NCBI GenBank assembly: GCA_044351865.1
Contig: JBILEY010000001.1
Coordinates: forward strand, 1 to 52,790
Direction: 5' to 3'
Source: Planctomycetota bacterium
Lineage (GTDB): Bacteria; Planctomycetota; UBA1135; UBA2386
Length of the DNA stretch: 52,790 nt
A program made the position numbers and the translations under genes. Of the stretch, positions 26,132-35,651 are shown in pieces; position 1 is the first letter of the stretch, and every line of letters starts with the position of its first letter. The notes under the pieces were generated by a model. The model had not been told where the DNA came from. It did not search any database and saw only the letters and a list, made by a program, of their open reading frames with translations.

Positions 26132-29118
26132 GCAAGAGCGAAGGCAAGGCGGCGGAGTCGGCACCGAAGAAGCGGGCGCACCGGTTCGTACCCGTCGACG
26201 AAGTGCCCGGGCCGGGGCTGTCGCCGCGCGCGCGCGAAGTCGTGGCGCTGGCGCTGTGCGGCCTCGCGCTCTATGCGATGCTGAGCCTCGCCACGTTCCG
26301 CCTCGCCGATCCGGGCGCGCCGATCCCGACCGCCGGCATGTCGAACCTCGGCGGCGCCGTCGGCTACTACCTGGCGCTCGGCTTCACGCTGACGCTCGGC
26401 CTCGCCGGCTGGGTGCCGTTCGTGTTGCTGCTGCTCGGCTCGTTGTGGTTGTTCCTCGGCCGCGGCTGCGCGCGGCTCACCATCAAGGTGCTCGCCACCG
26501 TCGTGTTCGCCGCGCTGCTGGCGGTGCTGTTCGCCGGCAGCGACGGACAGGCGGCCGGCGGCGAGTCGGCGCCGTTCGGCGCCGGCGGCAACTTCGGCAA
26601 GATCGTCTCGCCGAAGCTCGATGCGGCGTTCGGTGGCACCGGCCGCCTGCTGCTGGTCGGCTTCGGTGCGCTGTTGGCGCTGCTGATCGCCACCGAGTGG
26701 ATGTTCTCCGAACTGCTGGCGCGCGTGCTCGTGCTGCTCGAGGCCGGCTGGCGTCGCCTGCTGCGCCGCGAACCGGCGGCGGCGGTGGCCGGCGTTGGTG
26801 GTTCGCGCATCGCCGCTGGCGACGACGACGAGATCGAGGTCGGCACCGGTCGCCGTCGCCGCCGCAAGGCTGCGGCCGACGACCGCAACCAGGACGACGG
26901 CAACCAGGATGGCGCCGAGGTCGATGCCGAAGAGAAGCAGGTTGGTGCCGAGAAGTCGGATGCCGAGAAGTCGACGGGGCGCCGCGGTGGCAAGGCCGCG
27001 CGCGAGAAGGATGGCGACGCCGACGAGGTCGATGCCGAGCTCGCGGACGGCGACACCGCCGCGGAGCCGGCGGAATCGTCCAGCGGCGGCCGCCGTCGGC
27101 GCGCCAGCGCCCGCGGCGACGAGGCGGAAGCCGAGGACGGCGACGAGCCGGAGAGCGTGGGCGACCGCGTGGCACGCGACGACGACAGTCCGCGTCGCAA
27201 GGGGAGGCGCGGGGCGGCCGCGGCCGACGATGCCGACGGCGATGGCGACGGGGCCGACCGCGACGGCAAGGAAGCTGCGGCGAAGGCCGAAGACGGCGCG
27301 GTCAAGGGCAAGGAGCCCGCGGTGGTCGAGCCGCCGGTCGTCGTCGTGCCGCCGCCGCCGATCGTCGTGCTGAAGCCGAAGCCCAAGCCGAAGCCCAAAC
27401 CGGCGCCGAAGCCGAAGAAGGCCGGCCAGGGCGCGTTGCCGTTCGAGGACTATCCGTTCCCGCCGATCGAGCTGTTCCAGGAGCCGCAGCTGAACGACGC
27501 GACCGCGACCTCCGACGTGCTGAATCGCGGCGGCCAGGCGATCGTCAACAAGCTGGCGAACTTCGGCATCGCCGCCGAGATCGTCGGCGCCTCGGTCGGC
27601 CCGGCGGTCACCCAGTACGAGCTGCGCCTCGCCGAGAGCATCCGCGTCAACAAGGTCCAGGGCTTCGAGTCCGACCTCGCGGCAGCGCTGAAAGCGGTGT
27701 CGGTGCGCGTCGTCGCCCCGATCCCGGGCCGCGACACGATCGGCATCGAGGTGCCGAATCCCGAGCGACAGAAGGTCTACATGCGCGACCTGCTCGACCA
27801 GTTCGGGCGCTCGGAGGACCTCGCGATCCCGCTGTATCTCGGCAAGGACGTCGGTGGCAGTCCGATCGTCGAGGATCTGGCGAAGATGCCGCACCTGCTG
27901 ATCGCCGGCACCACCGGGTCGGGCAAGTCGGTGTGCATCAACACCATCCTGCTGTCGATCCTGATGACCCGCACGCCGCAGCAGGTCAAGCTGGTCCTGG
28001 TCGACCCGAAGATGGTGGAGCTGCAGGCCTACAAGCGGGTGCCGCACCTCTGCTGCGACGTCGTCACCAACATGAAGAAGGCCCCGGGTGTGCTGCAGTG
28101 GGCCGTCGACGAGATGGAGAACCGCTACGCGCTGCTGTCGGCCGCGGGCGTCAACCACATCAAGAACTACAACCGCCTCGGCCAGCAGGAACTCGCCAAG
28201 CGTTTGAAGCGCGAGCCCGATCCCGAGCGTGTGCAGCTGCCGTACGTCGTCATCGTCATCGACGAGTTCGCCGACCTGATGAACGTCGCGCAGAACGAGG
28301 TCGAAGAGCTGATCCAGCGCCTGGCGCAGAAGTCGCGCGCGGTCGGCATGCACGTGATCCTGGCGACGCAGCGGCCGAGCAGCGAAGTGATCACCGGCAT
28401 CATCAAGGCGAACCTGCCGTGCCAGATCGCCTTCAAGGTCAACCGCCGCATCGACTCGCGCGTCATCCTCGACGCCAACGGGGCCGAGAAGCTGCTCGGT
28501 TTCGGCGACATGCTCTACATGCCGCCCGGTGGAGCGGCGCTGCTGCGCGCGCAGGGCACGTTCGTCGCCGACGACGAGATGCAGGCGGTGGTGCGCTTCC
28601 TCGAGGACCAGGGCCAGGAGCCGATGTTCACGCCGTCGCTGGTGCAGACGCAGAGCAGCTCGCGGCCGTCGGTGGCCGATCGCGACGAACGCTACCGCGA
28701 AGCCGTCGAGATCATCCTCGGCCAGCAGCGCGGCTCGGCGACGCTGCTGCAGCGGGCGCTGGCGGTCGGCTACACGCGCGCGACTCGGCTGCTCGAGCTG
28801 ATGGAAGAGGACGGCCTGGTCGGTGCGTTCGTCGGCAGCAAGTCGCGCGACGTTCTGATGACGCTCGAGGAATACCGGGCGCGCGAAGATGCGCGCGAGG
28901 CCGAAGCGGATGCCGCCGCGGACGCTGGCGGCGGGGACGGCGACGCGGCCGAACTGGAAGGCGGCGACTCCGGGACCGGCGCTGGCGACACTGCGGGTGA
29001 GCTCGCGGTGGTGGACGCGGCGGTCGCCGGTGAGGAAGGGCTCGAAGCCGCGATCGAGGGTGGTGGCGACGCCGTCGCGGACGAAGATGCCGAAGCTGCG
29101 GAGGACGAGCGCGCCTGA
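26107..29118 (+). CDS. ftsK: DNA translocase FtsK (4TM anchor, long charged linker, motor, gamma domain, acidic tail)
   Basis: Walker A IAGTTGSGKSVCIN, Walker B VVIVIDEFADLM, and gamma winged helix LGQQRGSATLLQRALAVGYTRATRLLELMEEDGLV. GTG 26107 has GGAG 5 nt upstream. The alternative GTG 26128 overlaps the coaB stop. Confidence 0.9.
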   Translation: MANEDEHVSKSEGKAAESAPKKRAHRFVPVDEVPGPGLSPRAREVVALALCGLALYAMLSLATFRLADPGAPIPTAGMSNLGGAVGYYLALGFTLTLGLAGWVPFVLLLLGSLWLFLGRGCARLTIKVLATVVFAALLAVLFAGSDGQAAGGESAPFGAGGNFGKIVSPKLDAAFGGTGRLLLVGFGALLALLIATEWMFSELLARVLVLLEAGWRRLLRREPAAAVAGVGGSRIAAGDDDEIEVGTGRRRRRKAAADDRNQDDGNQDGAEVDAEEKQVGAEKSDAEKSTGRRGGKAAREKDGDADEVDAELADGDTAAEPAESSSGGRRRRASARGDEAEAEDGDEPESVGDRVARDDDSPRRKGRRGAAAADDADGDGDGADRDGKEAAAKAEDGAVKGKEPAVVEPPVVVVPPPPIVVLKPKPKPKPKPAPKPKKAGQGALPFEDYPFPPIELFQEPQLNDATATSDVLNRGGQAIVNKLANFGIAAEIVGASVGPAVTQYELRLAESIRVNKVQGFESDLAAALKAVSVRVVAPIPGRDTIGIEVPNPERQKVYMRDLLDQFGRSEDLAIPLYLGKDVGGSPIVEDLAKMPHLLIAGTTGSGKSVCINTILLSILMTRTPQQVKLVLVDPKMVELQAYKRVPHLCCDVVTNMKKAPGVLQWAVDEMENRYALLSAAGVNHIKNYNRLGQQELAKRLKREPDPERVQLPYVVIVIDEFADLMNVAQNEVEELIQRLAQKSRAVGMHVILATQRPSSEVITGIIKANLPCQIAFKVNRRIDSRVILDANGAEKLLGFGDMLYMPPGGAALLRAQGTFVADDEMQAVVRFLEDQGQEPMFTPSLVQTQSSSRPSVADRDERYREAVEIILGQQRGSATLLQRALAVGYTRATRLLELMEEDGLVGAFVGSKSRDVLMTLEEYRAREDAREAEADAAADAGGGDGDAAELEGGDSGTGAGDTAGELAVVDAAVAGEEGLEAAIEGGGDAVADEDAEAAEDERA

Positions 29119-29287
29119 TCCAAGGGCGCGCTCGCGGGGCGGCCGCGCCGCGTTCCGGCGCTCGCGACGCTGTGGCTCGGTGCCGCGCGTGGCCCAATCG
29201 CTTGTGGCCTGCGTAGCGGCGGTATAGAGTCGGTTGCCGCTGTCCGGTGGCGCCGGACTGCTGCAGGCTTCGCCCGGGAGGGGCGCA

Positions 29288-30913
29288 ATGATCGTGAACA
29301 CGCTGGGCCACCAATCGACGCAACCCCCGACTCCGACGGTCGCCGAACGCATGTGGCAGTTCCTGCCCGCGGGCTTCTCCGTCCTGTCGCTGTCGGCGCT
29401 GGTCTACTACCACCTGCAACTGCGCGACGGACCGGTTCAGCCGACGTCGGCGCTGCAATACCTCTACGCCGGCCTCTACGAAGCGCTCGGCCTGGCGCCG
29501 GCGGTGATGTTCTTCCTGCTGGTCGCCGTCTGGAGCGTCATCTGGTCGGTGCGCGGCGTGCTCGAGCGCCCGCTGTCGAAGCTGGTGCGGCTCGTGGCGA
29601 TGACCCTGATGATCGGCATCTGGGTCAATCTCGGCGACGGCGGCCTGGCGCCAGCGCTGCACAAGGGCGCGATCGGCGCCTGGTTCGCGGAAGCGTTGCA
29701 CGGCTCGTTCGGCTACTGGCCGAGCCTGCTGCTGGTCGGTGCGATGACCATTGCGTCGGTCATGCTCGCGACGGACTTCCTGTTCGCCGACCTGTTCGAG
29801 CAGATCCGCGCCGATGCCAGCCGCCGCACGACCGAACTCGGGGTCGAGCCGCAGGTCAGCGAGCACCTGAAGGGCCTCGCGTCCCCGCCGAAGCCGCCGA
29901 GCGTACCGCCGCCGCTGCGCAGCGAGCCCGCGCCCGTCTCCTCGACGAACGAGGACCCGTCGGTGGCGTTCGCCGAGGCGATCGCGGCGGCCGCGCGCGC
30001 GGTCGCCGACCGCGATCTCGACACCGACCGCGAGCCCGACACCGACCGCGAACTCCCTGCCGCGGCAGAAGCCGCCGCAACAGACGAGCTGCGGGCGCTG
30101 CGCACCGAGGCCGACGAGGCGTCGCCGCGGCCGACCACCTACGAGGAACGCCGCCGCATGCGCGAGGCGCGCCGCTGGGGCCGCATCCAGGACGACGGCT
30201 GGGTGCCAACCTCGCCGGAGAGCCAGGAGATCGACAACGCCGAGGCTCAGGTCGCCGCCGAGTCCGCGGTGGCCCGCGAGTTGGCGAGCGAGGGGGACGA
30301 GGCAGCGGTCGAGGCCGAGCGCGCGTCCAGCGATGCGGGCACGGTTGCCGCCGGGGAATCGACCGGCGAACCGGCCGAGCAAGCGGCCGACCTGCCGTTC
30401 GGGGCCGCGCCATGGTCGCCGCAGGAAGACGACGAGCCCGCCAGTTCCGAGGTCGCGGCGGCCGAGCCGGCGATTCCCGAGCAGGCGTCGGACGGAATCG
30501 CCGACGCGCCGTGGTCGACGCCGGCGACGACGCGCGAGCCCGCCTTCGAACTGCCGCTGCCGGAGCCTGCACCCTCCGTGTACGTCGAGGCAACCGCGGA
30601 GCCAGCGGCAGAGCCGATCGTCGCGATCCCGCGCCCCGAGCCGGTGCCCGTGCCGGCGATCGCGCCGGTCGTACGCCAGGCCGACGAGCCGGCCGCGGCG
30701 CGCCAGCAGAGCCTGTTCGGCGATGGCCTGGACCAGGAACTGGTGCAAGAGGCGACCGACCTCGTCGTCGGCTCGCGCCGCGCCAGCGCCAGCTTCTTGC
30801 AGCGCAAACTGCGCATCGACTACCCGCTGGCGGTGGAGCTGCTGGCGGAGCTGGCGGCGCGCGGCGTGGTGGCACTCGAGGGGGACGCGTCGCAGGGCCG
30901 TGTCCTGCTGTGA
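29288..30913 (+). CDS. FtsK-like protein with 4TM and gamma domains but no ATPase motor
   Basis: GGGAGG lies 6 nt upstream of the ATG. The N-terminal helices resemble the FtsK 4TM domain (GAIGAWFAEALHGSFGYWPSLLLVGAMTIASVMLATD). The C-terminus VVGSRRASASFLQRKLRIDYPLAVELLAELAARGVV resembles the gamma domain. The ~300-aa acidic/Pro-rich middle has no P-loop. Confidence 0.75.
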   Translation: MIVNTLGHQSTQPPTPTVAERMWQFLPAGFSVLSLSALVYYHLQLRDGPVQPTSALQYLYAGLYEALGLAPAVMFFLLVAVWSVIWSVRGVLERPLSKLVRLVAMTLMIGIWVNLGDGGLAPALHKGAIGAWFAEALHGSFGYWPSLLLVGAMTIASVMLATDFLFADLFEQIRADASRRTTELGVEPQVSEHLKGLASPPKPPSVPPPLRSEPAPVSSTNEDPSVAFAEAIAAAARAVADRDLDTDREPDTDRELPAAAEAAATDELRALRTEADEASPRPTTYEERRRMREARRWGRIQDDGWVPTSPESQEIDNAEAQVAAESAVARELASEGDEAAVEAERASSDAGTVAAGESTGEPAEQAADLPFGAAPWSPQEDDEPASSEVAAAEPAIPEQASDGIADAPWSTPATTREPAFELPLPEPAPSVYVEATAEPAAEPIVAIPRPEPVPVPAIAPVVRQADEPAAARQQSLFGDGLDQELVQEATDLVVGSRRASASFLQRKLRIDYPLAVELLAELAARGVVALEGDASQGRVLL

Positions 30914-31095
30914 GGCAGGCGGCGCGGACGCGCCGAATCGTCACGGCGACTGGCGTTTTTTCGCGTCGGCGTGCCAGCCCCAGCAGGCGGCCAGAGCAGC
31001 CGCTTCCTCCCCGTTCTCTGTACGGCTTTCCACGGGTTCTACACAGGTTGATTGCTTGCGTGGCAACTCGCTGCTGGTAAGGGAGCCTCGCGGTC

Positions 31096-32445
31096 ATGGC
31101 TGACATCAAGCAGACGTTCGATGGGCGGGGCGTGCCACAGAACCTCGAAGCCGAGCGCTCGGTGCTCGGGGCGCTGTTGCTGCATCCCGATGCGGTGGCG
31201 GACGTCACCTTCTTGAAGCCCGAGGACTTCTACCTCCCGCGGCACCAGTTGATCTTCCAGGCGGTGCTGACGGCCTACAACCAGCGGCACGCGACCGACC
31301 CGATCGTCGTGGGCGAAGAGCTGTCGCGCGGCGGTCGCCTGCAGGAGGCCGGCGGCCACGAGCAGCTGCTCGACCTGATGGAGAGCGTCGTCACCGCCGC
31401 CGGCGTCGTCTACCACGCCGAGATCGTGCGCGAGAAGGCGATCGCTCGGAAGCTGCTGGAGACGTGCCTCGACGTGGCGCGCCGCGCCTACGACAACGAG
31501 GCCGAGGCGAAGGAACTGCTCGACGAAGCCGAGCGGCAGATCTTCGAGATCTCGCGCATGGACAAGACCGGCGACGCCGTCAGCATCGCCGACGTGCTGC
31601 AGTCGACGTTCGAACGCATCGACCGCCTGCGCGAGCGCGAGGGCCGCCTGACCGGCCTCGACACCGACTACTACGACCTCAACGACATGACCGGCGGTCT
31701 GCAGCCGGGCGAACTGATCATCATCGCGGCGCGTCCGTCGATGGGAAAGACCACGTTCGCGCTGAACCTGACCGAGCGCGTCGCCAGCAAGGGCGAGGCG
31801 ATCGCGTTCTTCTCGCTGGAAATGTCCAACCAGCAGGTCATCCAGAACATGCTGTGCTGCCGTTCGCAGATCGACGGCGGTGCGCTGCGCAAGGGGCGCA
31901 TCACCGACCAGCAGTACAAGCGCCTGCAGGAGGAGGCGGCGCGACTCTACGAGACGCCGATCTTCGTCGACGACACGCCCGGCATCTCGATCACGCAGCT
32001 GCGCGCGAAGTGCCGCCGCCTGAAGCAGAAGCACAAGATCAACCTGGTCGTCGTCGACTACCTGCAGCTGATGACCGGCGGTGGGCGGTTCGAGAGCCGT
32101 CAGCAGGAGATCTCGGCGATCTCGCGCGGCCTCAAGGCCATCGCCCGCGAGCTGTCCCTGCCGGTGATCGCGCTGTCGCAGCTGAACCGCGACGTCGAGA
32201 ACCGCGACGACCACCGTCCACGCATGAGCGATTTGCGCGAATCGGGCGCGATCGAACAGGACGCCGACGTCATCATCCTGCTGCACCGCGACGACTACTA
32301 CAAACCGACCGAGCAGAACGCCGGCCTGGCGCAGATCATCATTGCCAAGCAGCGCAACGGTCCGACCGGTGAAGTCGTGCTGCGCTTCTTCCGCGAGTTC
32401 ATGCGTTTTGAGAACTACACCCGCAAGGCCGAACCGATGCAGTGA
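31096..32445 (+). CDS. dnaB: Replicative DNA helicase DnaB
   Basis: PQNLEAERSVLGALLL, Walker A AARPSMGKTTFALN, SLEMS, VVDYLQLM, LSQLNR, IAKQRNGPTG. GGGAG lies 10 nt upstream of the ATG. The protein is contiguous, with no intein. Confidence 0.95.
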   Translation: MADIKQTFDGRGVPQNLEAERSVLGALLLHPDAVADVTFLKPEDFYLPRHQLIFQAVLTAYNQRHATDPIVVGEELSRGGRLQEAGGHEQLLDLMESVVTAAGVVYHAEIVREKAIARKLLETCLDVARRAYDNEAEAKELLDEAERQIFEISRMDKTGDAVSIADVLQSTFERIDRLREREGRLTGLDTDYYDLNDMTGGLQPGELIIIAARPSMGKTTFALNLTERVASKGEAIAFFSLEMSNQQVIQNMLCCRSQIDGGALRKGRITDQQYKRLQEEAARLYETPIFVDDTPGISITQLRAKCRRLKQKHKINLVVVDYLQLMTGGGRFESRQQEISAISRGLKAIARELSLPVIALSQLNRDVENRDDHRPRMSDLRESGAIEQDADVIILLHRDDYYKPTEQNAGLAQIIIAKQRNGPTGEVVLRFFREFMRFENYTRKAEPMQ

Positions 32446-32479
32446 GCCGCGCCCGCGCGCGGTTCCGTCCGCCGACGCC

Positions 32480-35089
32480 GTGCGGGCTGCGCTCGTGCCG
32501 GCCGTGCTCGCCCTCGCCGCTGCTGCGAGCGCGGCCCGTGCGACGGCACAAGATCCGGCACGCCAGGGTGGCCGGGTCGAGGTGCAGGGCGCTGCCCAGT
32601 TCGAGGAGGCGGTGCGCAAGCTGGAAGGGCGGCCCGTGCGGTCCTTGCGCGTCGAGCGCCAGGTCCGCGGCGGCGAGTCGCGCGCGGTCGAATCGGCCGA
32701 GGCCGAGTCGCTGGTGCGACTGCTGCAGACGCGCGTCGGTCAGCCGTTCGAGCCGCGCAAGGTCGCCAACGACTGCAGCAGCCTGTGGCAAGAACGGCGC
32801 ATGGCGGTGCTGGCCTTCGCCGAGGACGTGGACGGTGAGGTCGCGGTGACGTACCTGATCGAGCACGAGGTCGAGGTCTACGAGGAGGTGGAGTTCGTAG
32901 GCAACAGCCACTTCGAGCCGGCCACGATCGAGTCGATGCTGGGCATCACCGCCGGGCGCCAGGTCACCCGCACCGAGGCCGAGGCCATGCGCAAGGTGCT
33001 GATCGCACGCTACCGCCGCGATGGCTACGCCTTCTGCACCGTCACCTCGCAGGACCGTGCGTTCGACGACGACGTGGCCACGACGCCGACGGCGACGTCG
33101 CGCGCTCTGCGCCGGCTGCGCTTCGTCGTCGACGAAGGGCCAGAGGTCGAGGTCGGCGAGATGCGCTTCTTCGGCAACGCCACGCTGGCGGGTGAGCCCG
33201 TGCTCGGCTGGTTCGGCACGGGCCAATACCTGCTGCGCGACGCCGGGCTGACCACGGACTCGGGCGACGCGTTCTCGCGCGAGACACTCGAAGAGGACCT
33301 CGATCGGCTGCGCCTGTTCTACCGCTCGCAGGGTTTCCTCGACGCGACCGTCGACCTGCTCGACGCGCGCATCACCGCCGATCGGACCAGCGTCGACCTC
33401 GACTTCCTCGTCGTCGAAGGGCCGCGCTATCGCGTGCGTTCGGTCGCGGTCGAGCACGTGCTGGGCAACGGCCAGCCGTTGGTCGGCGAGCCGCTGCACC
33501 CGGCCGCCGAGGTGGCGAAGGAACTGAAGGTCGCTGCGGGCGAGTACTACGATCACGAGCGCATCCGCCGCGACATGCAGGCGATCCAGGACTACTACGG
33601 TCGCCGCGGTCATCCGCCGGTCAGCTTCCCCGGCATGATGCAGGTGCAGGGCGGCTGTCGCGTGTTCGATCCGCAGGTGACCTTCGGCGACGGTCCCGAG
33701 GTCGACCTCGTCTACCAGGTCAGCGAAGGCGTACCGAAGAAGCTGCGCGACGTGCTGATCCGCGGCAACCGATTCACCCGCGACGCCGTGATCCGCCGCC
33801 GTGTGCGCGTCGTGCCCGGCGACACCATCGACATGGTCAAGGTGCGCGACGCGCAGACCGCGATCGAACAGACGCAGTACTTCCAGGATGCGGCCAGCCA
33901 GCGCGGCCCGCGGCTGCAACTCGAGCCGGTCACCGGCCAGCCCGAATACGTCGACATCGGCATCGACCTCGAGGACGGTTCGACCGGCGAGCTGCGCTGG
34001 GGCGTCGGCATCAGCACCGGCCAAGGCGCGCAGGCGAACGTCACCTTCAACAAGCGCAACTTCGACCTGTACAAACCGCCGAGCAGCCTCAACCCGATCA
34101 CCGCGATCGGCGAGGTCCTCGACAACGAGGCGTTCCACGGCGGTGGCCAGCAGCTGCAGATGCTGCTGGCACCCGGCACCCGCTTCAGCCAGTTCCAGCT
34201 GACGTGGATCGAGCCGGACGTGTTCACGCACCACTTCGAGACCTACGAGCTGCGCGTCAACGGCCGCCGCGTGATCCAGCGCCTGCCCGACGGCTACACC
34301 TCCGACCTGCTCGGCGCCGAGGTGCAGCTGTCGCGCAACCTGACCCGCTTCCTGAACGTCGGCCTGGCGCTGCGCCACGACACGGTCGGTGTCGAGTCGC
34401 TGGCGCCCGATGCGACGTCGCTGGCCTTCGACGCCGAAGGTTCGACCGAGATGCGCGGCACGCGCTTCAGCATCCGCTACCGCGACTACGACAACCCGAT
34501 CCGGCCGACCTCCGGCCTCGAGCTCGGCTTGAGCGCGGACTACGTCGGCGGCTTCCTCGGCGGCGAGGAGAGCCTGACGCGCTACACGCACACGGCCCAC
34601 GTCTACGTGCCGCTGGCCGAGAACGAGATGCGCCACCGCACGGTTCTCCACCTCGAGCACCTGTTCGGCTACGCCGAGGCGTTCGGCGGCAGCGACGACG
34701 TGTTCGTCACCCAGCGGTTCTACATGGGCGGCGCCAGCCTGCGCGGGTTCGGCTTCCGGCGCGCCGGTCCGAGCCAGTTCGGGCGGCCGCTCGGCGGCGA
34801 GGTGATGTACACGGCCACCGCCGAGGTCTCGTTCCCGCTGATCGCGACGCGCATGGAAGGCGACGTGCGCGACCGCGAACTGGTGCGCTGGGTGGCGTTC
34901 TCCGACCTTGGCTTGCTCGGCCTGTCGATCGACGATCCGACGTTCTCCGAGCCGCGCCTCAGCGTCGGCTTCGGCGTGCGCATCCAGATCCCGTACCTGC
35001 AGCTGCCGATCTCGCTCGACCTCGGCTGGCCGCTGATCTACGAAGAGACCGACGATCGCCGCGTGCTCTACTTCTCGATCTCGCCGTGA
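32480..35089 (+). CDS. bamA: Outer membrane protein assembly factor BamA (Omp85 family)
   Basis: GTG start giving the signal VRAALVPAVLALAAAASAARA. POTRA-like repeats are followed by a C-terminal barrel (FYMGGASLRGFGFRRAGP ... LDLGWPL). Confidence 0.8.
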   Translation: MRAALVPAVLALAAAASAARATAQDPARQGGRVEVQGAAQFEEAVRKLEGRPVRSLRVERQVRGGESRAVESAEAESLVRLLQTRVGQPFEPRKVANDCSSLWQERRMAVLAFAEDVDGEVAVTYLIEHEVEVYEEVEFVGNSHFEPATIESMLGITAGRQVTRTEAEAMRKVLIARYRRDGYAFCTVTSQDRAFDDDVATTPTATSRALRRLRFVVDEGPEVEVGEMRFFGNATLAGEPVLGWFGTGQYLLRDAGLTTDSGDAFSRETLEEDLDRLRLFYRSQGFLDATVDLLDARITADRTSVDLDFLVVEGPRYRVRSVAVEHVLGNGQPLVGEPLHPAAEVAKELKVAAGEYYDHERIRRDMQAIQDYYGRRGHPPVSFPGMMQVQGGCRVFDPQVTFGDGPEVDLVYQVSEGVPKKLRDVLIRGNRFTRDAVIRRRVRVVPGDTIDMVKVRDAQTAIEQTQYFQDAASQRGPRLQLEPVTGQPEYVDIGIDLEDGSTGELRWGVGISTGQGAQANVTFNKRNFDLYKPPSSLNPITAIGEVLDNEAFHGGGQQLQMLLAPGTRFSQFQLTWIEPDVFTHHFETYELRVNGRRVIQRLPDGYTSDLLGAEVQLSRNLTRFLNVGLALRHDTVGVESLAPDATSLAFDAEGSTEMRGTRFSIRYRDYDNPIRPTSGLELGLSADYVGGFLGGEESLTRYTHTAHVYVPLAENEMRHRTVLHLEHLFGYAEAFGGSDDVFVTQRFYMGGASLRGFGFRRAGPSQFGRPLGGEVMYTATAEVSFPLIATRMEGDVRDRELVRWVAFSDLGLLGLSIDDPTFSEPRLSVGFGVRIQIPYLQLPISLDLGWPLIYEETDDRRVLYFSISP

Positions 35090-35096
35090 GCGCGTC

Positions 35097-35651
35097 GTGA
35101 CGTCCCGCCGCCCGTTCTCCCGCCTCGCCCGCGAAGTGCTGGTCGACAACCCCTGGCATCGTTACTGCCGCGATCGCTACGTGCAGCGCGACGGCAGCGA
35201 GGGCACGTACTACTACGTCGACATGCCGGGCAGCAGTGCTGCGATCCCGATCTTCGCCGACGGTTCGACGGTGCTGGTGCACGTGCACCGCTACCTGCTC
35301 GGTCGCGATCTGTGGGAGTTCCCGATCGGCGGCATGCGCGACGGCGAGGACCCGCTGGCCGTCGCCCAGAAGGAGCTGCACGAAGAAGCAGGGCTCGTCG
35401 CTGGACGGTGGACGCCGCTCGGCCACTTCGCGCCGTACAAAGGTGTGTCGAACGAGCTCTGCCACTTCTTCCTGGCTGGAGACCTGCGCGAGGTCGCACA
35501 GGAACTCGAACCGTCCGAGCGCATCACCGTGCACCGGCTGCCGTTCGCCGAGGCACGCGCGCGCCTGCTCGACCAGGAGTGCGGCGACGGCCAGTCGATG
35601 GCGGGGCTGCTGCTGCTCGAGCGGTGGCTCGCGCGAGGGAACGCACTGTGA
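35097..35651 (+). CDS. NUDIX hydrolase
   Basis: Nudix box GGMRDGEDPLAVAQKELHEEAGL. The GTG start lies 8 nt after the bamA stop. Confidence 0.85.
   Translation: MTSRRPFSRLAREVLVDNPWHRYCRDRYVQRDGSEGTYYYVDMPGSSAAIPIFADGSTVLVHVHRYLLGRDLWEFPIGGMRDGEDPLAVAQKELHEEAGLVAGRWTPLGHFAPYKGVSNELCHFFLAGDLREVAQELEPSERITVHRLPFAEARARLLDQECGDGQSMAGLLLLERWLARGNAL

Noticed and set aside
27373-27420. Short tandem repeat (aagccg/aagccc units), considered as a possible CRISPR or VNTR locus
   Set aside because: It is in frame within ftsK and encodes a (Lys-Pro)n low-complexity linker. It has no spacer-repeat architecture.
23725-29352. Giant 1875-aa minus-strand ORF
   Set aside because: Only its 3' 1.6 kb (23725-25344) encodes a recognisable TolC-like protein with a signal peptide at an internal Met. 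The remainder is Arg/Ala/Gly/Pro-rich nonsense antisense to coaB and ftsK, which have unambiguous motifs on the plus strand. It is a typical high-GC artefact.
31096-32445. Possible intein in dnaB
   Set aside because: The 449-aa translation is contiguous across the Walker A, SLEMS, DYLQLM and LSQLNR motifs, with normal spacing and no insertion.
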